From NCBI GenBank assembly GCA_001599295.1, contig BCGN01000009.1, forward strand, positions 1 through 64,000: DNA of 64,000 bases. Direction: 5' to 3'. The notes beneath the pieces are model-generated. The model saw only the letters and a list, made by a program, of their open reading frames with translations, was not told the DNA's origin and ran no database searches. The position numbers were made by a program, and so were the translations under genes. Every line of letters begins with the position of its first letter. The stretch's first letter is position 1. Positions 1 to 9,825 of the stretch are shown here, piece after piece. Origin of the DNA: Sporopachydermia quercuum. Lineage: Eukaryota.

Positions 1-37
1 CTACCTCCCAACTACCTCCCAACTACCTCCCAACTAC
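1..37 (+). repeat. Putative telomeric repeat array, 11-bp unit CTACCTCCCAA (G-strand TTGGGAGGTAG), 3 copies plus CTAC
   Basis: Exact tandem copies start at base 1, C-rich on the + strand as expected at a left chromosome end; downstream content is subtelomere-like (accessory genes, pseudogenes). Confidence 0.7.
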
Positions 38-723
38 TCATATTGTGATTGCTCGATTGTACTGATCCTACATGTAAACAAAAACTGAGATTGGGTTTAC
101 AATAGCTGTTTTCCCAGCAAAGCGGAAGGATAAGAACGTAGATTGATAAAAAGTCACTATGATGTTGGAACAGATGTAAGTTCAGACATTACCGATCAGA
201 TAAATAATACTAAAAATATTCCAAAAAATCTTCATGCCAAACTACCTTGCACCGTAAGTATCATTTCAGGAAATAAAAGTTCTATACGAATACCACAAGA
301 TGATACATTCTCCATCAGGTTTGGACTTTAGCTGAACCCTGAATAAATAGGAATAAATAAAAATAGGCTTATACATCGAATTTACAAGTCGTGTGAGTCT
401 TCAGTAAAATACGGAATACAAGCGGAATATGAGCGCAGATACGAGCCTAAAAATGAACCCGCAGGATCTACGCTCTGATATNGGATGTCCGTTAAGTCTA
501 CCGGACGGAAAGTATCCCAATAGCGCACCAGTGACCTCACTAAACTAATGACCCAAAGTGCAACTGCTCTTGGGGTTTCCAGCAAGTCTCAAGCTTTATA
601 AACTGACTGCAGGTATGCAAATTCTATAAGCTTTTGAGCTTAAAGTCAAATTTTAACTCGCTGGTAATCCCAATCGTTTCTAAAGGTGAGTTGATCCTCA
701 AGTTGAACATTGGATTACTATAG

Positions 724-2310
724 ATGTTGAAATCTAGACTATTTATTATAAGCTCCCTCCTGATAGGGCTTGTGATCGCTCTCAACGTTGCTTTTTTCGT
801 ATATGGTGCTGATATCAAAAGCTTTGGATCATGGCCTNCAAGAGTTGTAGAGGAGTACAGGGGAAAGGAGGATCCATTGAGCGATCTGCGTGAACAATTG
901 AATCAAATCCTCAAAGATCAGGAAGATGTTAAGCAGACGTTGAAATNTACAGTTGGTGCTCAGAAGGAAGAGTTGANTTTGATCAAACAGTCGTTAACAC
1001 AGTTGTTGGAAAACAGCGANAAGAATGTGCAATCAGAGAGCAATAGTAATGGAGACAGTGGAAANAACGATACCAAGTCAGAGAATGAAGAAATAGGTAC
1101 TGAAAAAGAATCATTGACCAGTCCAGTGTATAATCGTACTCTTGGATTTACTAAAATCTTCGCTGCAGAATTAGCTCATCGCTATGATCGTTTGACTGTC
1201 TTGGACATGCAAGCAAATGTGTTAGGTTTTGATTATGAGTTATTTCCCGGTATTCTAAGTGATGATATTGCCAAGTTCGATCGTAAAGGTATTATTCCTT
1301 CATCNGCTGACGAAGAAATAGAATTACCTGTCGTCGGCTGCTATATGGTTCATTTGAATATTTTGAGAGAAATTGTGAAGAATGGCTATCAAACTACTTT
1401 GATCTTAGAAGGTGATGCAGTATTTGATGCTAACTTGAAGCCAGTTCTTGAGACAGCTTCTAAAAGTCTAGTTGAGTTAACAAAAAAACAACCTATTCTT
1501 GCACCGTTCAGAGAGCCAGCAAATGACGATCCATATGGATCTGANAACTGGGATTTATTCTATCTTGGTGCTTGCTGGGATTGGGATACTTTCAAGAGTG
1601 AAAGCATTTCCTGGGATGATCCTACTAGTAATGGCGGTGGTTGGTTCAAGCTTGACGAAGGTAGAAGAATGGTTGTTCGTAGTGGTGGACCTTTATGTAC
1701 TGCTGGATATGTTTTGTCTCTACAAGGAGCTAAAAGGCTCTTGTTGAGACTATCAACTGATATGAATGATCACATTGACCAAATAATCCGACAGGAAACA
1801 TATGGAGGTCGTTTAAGATCTTACTCAATGAACCCTCAAATTGCTGGCTCGTGGAAGTACTACGATGAATTGAAAATTGCTGCTCTAGATTCCAATATCT
1901 TCGATCTTGATGCTAATGTTGCTTCTGNTGGAAAAGACGAGCATTTAAAGAGTGTATGGAGAAAGGCTAGAGATAACTTCGATATATGGAAAGTTAGACA
2001 TCCTTTGAATTCATTCAAACGAAGCTCTTTGGATTTGGTAAGAGAAAGCTTTTATCCTGAATTATTTGGTAAANACGTGGATGATGTCTATAAGCAAGAT
2101 ATCAGTAAGAGAATTGAATTTGCTAGAGTCAACTCGTTGATCGAAGTTTTGGAGTCAAAGATTAAGACGAAAGAAGGCAAGTTAGGTGGAGCTAAAAGAA
2201 AGCTAGGAAAGTTGAAAGAAGAGAAACAACAACGCTTACAGGAAGTAGAGGAGTTTCAAAAACAGGCTGCNAAAACAAATAATGAGAACAAAGATGAGGA
2301 CCATAATTAG
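724..2310 (+). CDS. Glycosyltransferase family 25-like type II membrane protein, 528 aa
   Basis: N-terminal TM segment, coiled-coil stem, then fungal GT25-type motifs NRTLGFTKIF..RYDR, GCYMVHLNILREIV, LILEGD, WDLFYLG, PLCTAGYVLSLQGAKRLL. Confidence 0.75.
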   Translation: MLKSRLFIISSLLIGLVIALNVAFFVYGADIKSFGSWPXRVVEEYRGKEDPLSDLREQLNQILKDQEDVKQTLKXTVGAQKEELXLIKQSLTQLLENSXKNVQSESNSNGDSGXNDTKSENEEIGTEKESLTSPVYNRTLGFTKIFAAELAHRYDRLTVLDMQANVLGFDYELFPGILSDDIAKFDRKGIIPSXADEEIELPVVGCYMVHLNILREIVKNGYQTTLILEGDAVFDANLKPVLETASKSLVELTKKQPILAPFREPANDDPYGSXNWDLFYLGACWDWDTFKSESISWDDPTSNGGGWFKLDEGRRMVVRSGGPLCTAGYVLSLQGAKRLLLRLSTDMNDHIDQIIRQETYGGRLRSYSMNPQIAGSWKYYDELKIAALDSNIFDLDANVASXGKDEHLKSVWRKARDNFDIWKVRHPLNSFKRSSLDLVRESFYPELFGKXVDDVYKQDISKRIEFARVNSLIEVLESKIKTKEGKLGGAKRKLGKLKEEKQQRLQEVEEFQKQAXKTNNENKDEDHN

Positions 2311-2939
2311 ATAGTGGTGTTCGTTTAGTAGAGNGGAGAAGCTAATGGCATATTTGAACTGGATATACTAATAAACTAGAAAACGAATAAAAGAGGCCGT
2401 TCTAAATGAAATATTGATAGTAATAGGTTATTAATGGTGTTGAATAAAAGGACCTTTTGTTAGACTAAATAACTTGTAGGATCTGGAGAAACTGTCATGA
2501 CAGTATTTTGTTTCAATAGCTTAGCTACTAGCTGAGGAAATATCTCTGTTAGGTGTTGATATCATTGTTTCAAATAGTTAGTGGATTAGCAGGAGAAAAC
2601 AAGTGACAGGACAAAATAAAAGCGAAATTGGTTAAATTTGAATCTGTTGATAGTTGAATAAGGATTATAATAAAAATGTTTGGTTCATTTGACTGATAAT
2701 TGGAAAGCCAATTTATTACTCGTACTAAGAAACCTGTAAACATGATATTCTTCTATCAAGGACAATGCATTACCTGCATTCTAGAGCGCTAAATATAAGA
2801 TTATGATACTACTACTATGAATCACGGCATTTCTGTATGAGATGAACTGATTATCCACTAGTATCTGTCATGACAATGATTTTCATGGATTATCACCTCA
2901 CTAGAATTCATAGTTTTAAAGCTAGTTCGTATCATCACT

Positions 2940-2973
2940 CCCACTACAATGATTACCCACTACAATGATTACC
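2940..2973 (+). repeat. 16-bp direct duplication (CCCACTACAATGATTA x2)
   Basis: Exact adjacent copies at 2940-2955 and 2956-2971, followed by CC. Confidence 0.85.
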
Positions 2974-3120
2974 AGATTTAGAAAAAGTATATAAAGATAA
3001 AGGACTCATATTTATTAACTATGAAGGTCAATAAGTTTTCTTCCATGTTCATGTTATTTCTAGCGTTATGTTTCTTGATAGATAAAGTCGGAGAGTAGGG
3101 ACTGATAGATGTAATCAATC

Positions 3121-3800
3121 ACAACATGCATTGGCCTTCAATTACTGCTAGTACTTGCTATTCTGTGTTCAATGGGTATTATCTTATTTGCTCTAAACCT
3201 GATGACGGTATTATGACCTAATGTTCCCCACTTAGGTTCTTTGACCCGGTAAATTGAACGTAAAATAAGTGACGAACCGATCTCAGAGAAATTGGACAAA
3301 ACTATTGTGATAAGACATTGCAAACGCTACCTATACTTCTTTAGAAGTTCTGCAACTATCTCCTGCATTAACTGAAGTTTTAGCTAACGATACTAAATAG
3401 TTGAATGATACTATGCTGGCAAGCCCCGAAATCTATACCAATTATGAAGGCATTATGATTTCTCGCACCGAGAGGTAATTCAAGCTAAAATGGCTTTGTC
3501 TTTGTCATTAGTAGTTATATCTCAAGTATTCCTTTGACTGGTGTACTATCCAGTTTATGGAAAAATCTAATAAGTCGGTAGATATTTTCCTACTAATATT
3601 GGAATACAGCTTAGAGGATGTTTAATGCTGCCTGCACAGTTTAAAGAGCAGTGGGTTGCTCCTGCAGAAGTTGGGTTCTTTGAAGTTCATTATATTCCAC
3701 CAAGAATTGTCAGNACTACGATTTTCTGTTACTAGGTTATTAATATCTTATTCTGCTGTATTCCTGATAGTTCTTTTGTGGGAAATGCTATCTAACCAAA
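3121..3800 (+). pseudogene. Decayed tandem paralog of the GT25 gene
   Basis: Collinear fragments across frames with stops: TM GIILFALNL (cf. GLVIALNV), LASPEIY (cf. LTSPVY), SRTER (cf. HRYDR), AEVGFFEVHYIPPRIV (cf. PVVGCYMVHLNILREIV). Boundaries approximate. Confidence 0.5.
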
Positions 3801-4530
3801 TGATGGAGCTCGTCAGATATATTTTTATATTGGCAATGGAACAGGAATTCTTTCACACATCAGTGAATACTAACTATATATTAACTGGTAGGTGAAACAA
3901 TTAAGATTTCTAAAAGAATAGATTCTAAACTTTATTTGGAAAGACAGTAAGCTTTAAGGTTTCAACCAACTTTTACTAGACAAATGTTGCGCACTTATAA
4001 AGAAAGGAAATCACTAACACATAAATCTTCGTCAATAAATTAAAATAAAACTCAGAAACGAGACGTTGATTTGAATGACTTTTACTAACCAATATTTATA
4101 TCAAGGGTGATCGTATAATGTAGCTGCTTGAATAAATCTTGATAATGTCTAAGAGAAGCCCTACATACAAAATGTGGGGTAAAGCTAAACACCATAACTT
4201 AAAGTTTAACCGAATGTTTTAAAAGGCCTTCAAACTTTATTTGAACTGTGATTCTCATATTCTTCGTTCCGCTTGTTTCAACCAATCTCCAATTACTTTT
4301 TACTCAACGATACATCAAATACCTTCTTTCTAGGGCCATATATTCTCCTTCACTACACTACTACATGAGTCAAGTTGAGTAGTTCAACTTTTTACCTCTT
4401 GGCTTAGAAGATTACCAAAACAATACTAAATACTCTTCAACCTATTCTTCAGTTGCTTTAGAAATAAGTACTGTGTCATCCTAGTTTGAACTACTTTCAC
4501 ATCTACAGTGTTATTATCAAAATAATCAAA

Positions 4531-6744
4531 ATGTACATACACTTACATGATAGCAGTCCATCATCTGATTTAAACTACTACTCTTCACCTAACAGTTGCT
4601 TTTCAAACGATACTCATCCAAAAACTAGTTTCGAAGACCACCGTTTTTCGGATATCGACATAGCTCCTCCAAGGCTCCAAACTAATGATAATTTGAGAGT
4701 GTATTCTATTGAAGACTTTGATAGTAACCTATCGTTTGATTTTAATATGATGCCATTAATGAATATAGACAGTTACTCAAGTGGGGCGTTAAATACTACT
4801 GCTGCAACTCTAAGTTATGAAAGATCAAATTCAAGTAATTCGCTGTCTCCTCTGTCTGAATCTTCAGTTAGACATATGCTTGAACTGAAGACAATTTCCA
4901 ATAGTGATAAGTCGAATATTAAGAATGGACAAGCTTCTTTTGACTCGAACATGTCTCAAATGACTCCTCAGTCGTTTCCTCAAGATGAACTGATGAAATG
5001 CTTATCATATCAGTTAGAACAAATAGATTCCTTACTTGATCTAAACAGGCTGAAGACTATACCGTTTGCAAGATATTTAGTGGCCTATTTTTCTGGCTCT
5101 GTCAATAAACATTTACCGATTATCCATTTCATGCAGCTAGAACAATTTTACAATGATATAAAGAAGAATTGTGAGAATATGAATGAATTGGAACAGGAAA
5201 CATCTATTGGTGTTGCAGAAAACTTATCAAATGTCAACATGTTGTTAAATTTTTCGCTTATACTAATTTTGAGTGCTTTTGGGTGCCTATATAATCTTGA
5301 GCATGCAAGGTCGCTGTTATTGAGAAACTCTTGCTGCAATCTCATTACAGTTCTAGAAGATAGTTTATCAAGTAACCCTGATAGCTCCAACCTTCCATAT
5401 TATCAAGCAAAGTTGTTTTTATTGATTTTTGACTCATTCTCGGACGATTTATCGTTGGTCGAATCATGTTTAGACAACGAGTCAGATTATAACAGAATTA
5501 CTGATTCGATAGAACGGCTACATTTTCAAAGATGTGATACTAATGGTTGGTTAGATTGGATTACTGAGGAATCCTATCATAGACTTTTTTGGGGTTACAT
5601 TATTCAGATGTCTTGTCTGAATATGTCATACAATCGTTTATCTCTATCGTCTGCAGGAAGCCTGAGTTATCCAATGCCCGAAGATGATGAACTATGGAAT
5701 GCACAGAATGAAGAAACTTGGAGAAGTTATATGGAAAAAGAGGATAATAGTAGTTTAATTGCTTCAGAATCAGTTATTTGTCCAGTATTGTTTGCACTTT
5801 TACCTGCCCCATCACTTACTAATAATTCGAACAGGAATTTGCAAACAACCTCGCTAAAGTCTAACTTGTCCAAAACAGAAAATGTGTCATCGCTATCAGC
5901 ATATATTCTATCCCATGCGATTATGGCTCACATTTCTTCAATTTCAAGGTTTTACTCCTGGGGTCATATTTCAACCGTTCAGTCAACAGAATTTGAATCT
6001 CTATCAAAAGTTTTTCTCGAACAGGTAGAAATGATCTTCTCGCGCTGTCCAAGCTCTTTATCGTCGTCATCAAATAGTATTCAACATTTGAGCCAAGATA
6101 TTAGCCCTTTATCAAGCGCATGCATTGTTTTGATTATATCGCGAGTCCAGCTATATTCATTTTCACCCTTGAAGTCTATACTTGCTGAAGAGGTGTCTAC
6201 TGAATACGCCAGTATTATTAACAATTCGCTTAAGTACAATATTCAATTGAATATTGAAACATTGAATGAATGCTTTGATTTCTTGTTTAGCCCTGTGAAA
6301 ACAATGGGACTTGAGATGATAAAAGCTTTTGGATCCATTCATTTCAGTCCTGAACGTGTTATTGCTATTTTTCATACAGGTTTTTATTTATCATACTGGA
6401 TACATAAATTTGAACTTGAAATTGATATCGTGAAAAATGAAGTTCTTCAGGAGCAAAGAGAATTGTTTGATAAGGTAATTGAGAGTTTGAAACAGTTCGA
6501 TCATAAAGAGAATGAGTACAAGCAAATCAAAACTAAAGGAATAGAAGGCCCAATTAATATAAATAGAAGAAGCGTAGCTAGTAACATTTTGTGTATTTAT
6601 TGCGATATACTGGATGGTTGCATATGGGGAATAAGTAAAAGGATTATAGATGTTTTCAAGGTATTACAGGAAAGGTATAGAGAAATTAAGAACGAGGAAA
6701 TATGCAAAAGAGTCGAACATATCAATCAACAAGAGGTTCAGTGA
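4531..6744 (+). CDS. Fungal_trans-domain regulator lacking a recognisable DNA-binding domain; paralog of 9826-12636
   Basis: First ATG at 4531. Shares blocks with the C2H2 TF: ARYL..HLPIIH, ILSAFGCLYNLE, WITEESYHRLFW, PEDDELWNA, IWGISK. No Cys/His finger seen in the ORF or immediately upstream. Confidence 0.75.
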   Translation: MYIHLHDSSPSSDLNYYSSPNSCFSNDTHPKTSFEDHRFSDIDIAPPRLQTNDNLRVYSIEDFDSNLSFDFNMMPLMNIDSYSSGALNTTAATLSYERSNSSNSLSPLSESSVRHMLELKTISNSDKSNIKNGQASFDSNMSQMTPQSFPQDELMKCLSYQLEQIDSLLDLNRLKTIPFARYLVAYFSGSVNKHLPIIHFMQLEQFYNDIKKNCENMNELEQETSIGVAENLSNVNMLLNFSLILILSAFGCLYNLEHARSLLLRNSCCNLITVLEDSLSSNPDSSNLPYYQAKLFLLIFDSFSDDLSLVESCLDNESDYNRITDSIERLHFQRCDTNGWLDWITEESYHRLFWGYIIQMSCLNMSYNRLSLSSAGSLSYPMPEDDELWNAQNEETWRSYMEKEDNSSLIASESVICPVLFALLPAPSLTNNSNRNLQTTSLKSNLSKTENVSSLSAYILSHAIMAHISSISRFYSWGHISTVQSTEFESLSKVFLEQVEMIFSRCPSSLSSSSNSIQHLSQDISPLSSACIVLIISRVQLYSFSPLKSILAEEVSTEYASIINNSLKYNIQLNIETLNECFDFLFSPVKTMGLEMIKAFGSIHFSPERVIAIFHTGFYLSYWIHKFELEIDIVKNEVLQEQRELFDKVIESLKQFDHKENEYKQIKTKGIEGPININRRSVASNILCIYCDILDGCIWGISKRIIDVFKVLQERYREIKNEEICKRVEHINQQEVQ

Positions 6745-7276
6745 AACCTGACAATCAATTTTTAAACGTTCTACTTTCAAACATCAATGTAGATTGATTC
6801 TGAGTAGAATAATTTAATCGTTGAATTATTTTAGTTTGATGAATTCATAAACTTTCTTATATAAATATTTAATGCCACACAAAGTTAAAGTTAGATTAGC
6901 AAAGATTAGTTTAAAGCTTACCTCAAAGCTTAACCTTAAAGGTTTATTTTTTTGTAGTTCTCCCACATATTGCCTATTTCGAGTATAATGGGGTACTTAT
7001 TATCGGTGGAACAAACTACTTTCCAATTAAGAGATCCTATTTCTTTATAGTCAAAAGGAAGAAGAAAAAAAAGTCATATAAATGCTGATAAGTCAATGAT
7101 CTTTGACAGTACTTCCAATAATGGTTTATAACTTTATAGCTCGTTAACTAACAATATTATTAGGAAAAACAAAAATAAAAGGTTATACACACCTTTTTCT
7201 GGTATTTGCAGCTTTCAATATTTACTGCATTAAGAATAACATTTTGAGATTCACTATATCTTCAGCTATTGNTACA

Positions 7277-8203
7277 ATGAGAATTGGTGTTACAGGATCA
7301 ACAGGTTTCACTGGAACTCATATCATCGTTGAGCTACTCTCCAGGAACTATCAAGTAATAGGCTATAGTCGCAGTCCTAGTAAAATTGGAACTCATAGCA
7401 GCTTTGAACCTTTCCCTATTGATTTCTACACTGTAACCATTGGAGAGCTTGCCAAAGCATTTGAGAAAATTGACATCATCATTGATTGTTTTGGACCCCA
7501 TTCTAGCGGTGTTGAAGGTGTTATTTACGAGCCATACATTGAAGTATCAAGAAAACTTCTTTTGGCTGCTAAGATCGCCGGCATCAAATACTACATAAAA
7601 ATAGGTGGTTCTGGATCATTATATTCACCGGAAAAGAAGTTTACTTACGCAGTTGATGATGAACAGTTTTGGGAAGCGTATAGAAGAGGAATGGGAGATG
7701 ACGAAGCATATGTAGTCCAACTAGAAGAACGATTAGGTTACATTGGNTCTTATTTCAGAAACTACCGTAATGCTAGACTGAAAATCAAGAACAACCAAGA
7801 TTTGGATGAGAGTGATAGAAAGGCTATTGATATAATTGAAGGGGTTCATTATAAGAAGGATCCTGCTTATGCATTTATATGTGCTTGCAGAACAACATTT
7901 ATGTTCTTCCTTGATAATAAAAGTTTTGAATGGACGTTTGTCAGCCCCAGTACTTTGTACAGAAGTGGTTTGCCCAGCAATAGTGAAATCAAAACAACTA
8001 TAGACTTTCTTCCTGTTAGACAGGGGACGTCAGTTTTTGGTAACCCTATGGAGGGGAATTTATATGGTATAACAGCACCTGATTTGGCCAAGGCTATTGT
8101 TGATGAAATGGAACAAAAGAAAATGAAATGGAAGCATTGGTCTGCATATACTGAAGAGATGCCAGAAGAGCCATATAAGAGCTGCCTCACTATTTCCAAT
8201 TAG
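7277..8203 (+). CDS. NAD(P)-binding Rossmann oxidoreductase (atypical SDR, biliverdin reductase B/YwnB-like)
   Basis: MRIGVTGSTGFTG nucleotide-binding start, IGGSGSL, WTFVSPS, GITAPDLAKAIVDEME. First ATG at 7277. Confidence 0.75.
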   Translation: MRIGVTGSTGFTGTHIIVELLSRNYQVIGYSRSPSKIGTHSSFEPFPIDFYTVTIGELAKAFEKIDIIIDCFGPHSSGVEGVIYEPYIEVSRKLLLAAKIAGIKYYIKIGGSGSLYSPEKKFTYAVDDEQFWEAYRRGMGDDEAYVVQLEERLGYIXSYFRNYRNARLKIKNNQDLDESDRKAIDIIEGVHYKKDPAYAFICACRTTFMFFLDNKSFEWTFVSPSTLYRSGLPSNSEIKTTIDFLPVRQGTSVFGNPMEGNLYGITAPDLAKAIVDEMEQKKMKWKHWSAYTEEMPEEPYKSCLTISN

Positions 8204-8762
8204 CATAACAAAATTTCATAATGAATGAGTGTATAGATAAAAGAATCTATGTAAAATAAACATTGTTGGAAGTTTTAAGTTATAATTCGTTATTTTCGTG
8301 TTATTGTAATGGCAATCCCTCCAACCGAAAGCTGCCTTGAAATATGTCAAACGCTGCAGCCTAANTGCATGGCCAGANTTCTTTCTAGCGACACCAGATA
8401 TTACTAGTAAATCTTGTCTTTGATAAATCTACTCCATGTATACCTTTTTGCGGTAAGAATAATAATTTATATACAGGAAGCTGTTTAGGATATAGTCAAA
8501 TAGAGTTAAAGTTGCATAAATTAAGTGTGGGGCATTAAATTTACATTCCTTAATCGGATGCTGCTGGGGATGTCAATAATGATTTTATTGTATCCAAAAC
8601 GTCAAACTCAGCATATAAATCTTCCGTTTATTCTATCAAATATTTTGTTTTCTCTCCATCTACCTTCAAATTGTTATAAATCAGCTCTATTATCTACTTT
8701 ACTTTTATTGTGTTTTATCCAAGATTTGGCTGGTATCCTTATTTCCTATTGGATTCTATTCT

Positions 8763-9779
8763 ATGAAGCTTCTGGGANTCACTGGTTCTAATAATACCTN
8801 AAATTTCTTATGGATCTCGACGATGGAACCAACTATAGATGATTCGAAAATAGGATTCATTGGCCTTGGTGTCATGGGATATCAAATGGCCAAAAACATT
8901 GCAAAGAAAAAGCCAAATTCTCATTTATTTATTTTCGATATTAACACTTATGCTAGTCACAAATTTAAAGATGAATTACCTGATAACCTAATCACCATCT
9001 GCTCTTCATGTCGAGAAGTAGCAGAAAACACTAAATTATTATTTTCTATTGTTCCTGAAGGTTCCCATGTTAAACAAGTTTATCTTGAACCAATTACTGG
9101 AATTTCTAGTGCAAAGAATATTTCAAATATTAACAGATTATTCATCGACTGCTCAACTATTGATCCTGCTACTTCAATTGATGTGGCTAACAAAATAAAA
9201 AGTATTTCAAATAACAGGGCTTGCTTTTACGATGCCCCCGTATCTGGTGGTGAAATTGGAGCAGCCAATGGTACTCTGACCATAATGGCTGGTATCGATG
9301 AGAATGATTCAAGGGCAAAATATGTTAAATCACTATTATTGCTAGTTGGCAAGAACATATACTTATGTGGCAAACAAGGTAATGGCTTGTCAGCTAAACT
9401 ATGCAATAACTATACTTCTTCCATCATAACCGTGGCAACATCTGAAGGACTCAACATGGCTATCAGACTTGGAATTGATAAGAAACTTGCGTCTGAAATT
9501 TTCTCAAGAAGTACTGCTGGAAGCTGCATCAATGATAAATTTAATCCTGTCCCAGGAATAGATCCCAAAAGTCCTTCAAGTAATGGCTATAATGGAGGAT
9601 TTAAAATTGAACTAATGAGAAAAGATCTCAAGCTAGCACTCGAAAGTGGAAATGAAGTTAATGCAAGTAATGAACTTGGGAAATTTGTTTTCAGTTTTTA
9701 TGATAAAGCTGCAGATTTGAAGGAGTACCGTGGTCTTGATTACCGAGTTATTTATAAATACATAGGAGGTGTAGAGTAA
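8763..9779 (+). CDS. Beta-hydroxyacid dehydrogenase (3-hydroxyisobutyrate dehydrogenase family)
   Basis: IGFIGLGVMG, DCSTIDP, DAPVSGG, catalytic-Lys motif AKLCNN, GGFKIELMRKDL. The true start may be the ATG at 8823. Confidence 0.9.
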   Translation: MKLLGXTGSNNTXNFLWISTMEPTIDDSKIGFIGLGVMGYQMAKNIAKKKPNSHLFIFDINTYASHKFKDELPDNLITICSSCREVAENTKLLFSIVPEGSHVKQVYLEPITGISSAKNISNINRLFIDCSTIDPATSIDVANKIKSISNNRACFYDAPVSGGEIGAANGTLTIMAGIDENDSRAKYVKSLLLLVGKNIYLCGKQGNGLSAKLCNNYTSSIITVATSEGLNMAIRLGIDKKLASEIFSRSTAGSCINDKFNPVPGIDPKSPSSNGYNGGFKIELMRKDLKLALESGNEVNASNELGKFVFSFYDKAADLKEYRGLDYRVIYKYIGGVE

Positions 9780-9825
9780 TCATCAAGTACCGAGTCAATC
9801 TATCTAAATATATAACAAGAGTAGG

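Noticed and set aside
474..520. Hammerhead-like look: CTGATA..GTCC-loop-GGAC-GGAAA
   Set aside because: The core does not match CUGANGA/GAAA spacing, and no stems I and III could be built.
2491..2875. Palindromes ACTGTCATGACAGT (2491-2504) and TGTCATGACA (2866-2875)
   Set aside because: Real, but short and without supporting context such as TIR/TSD structure or a clear target gene.
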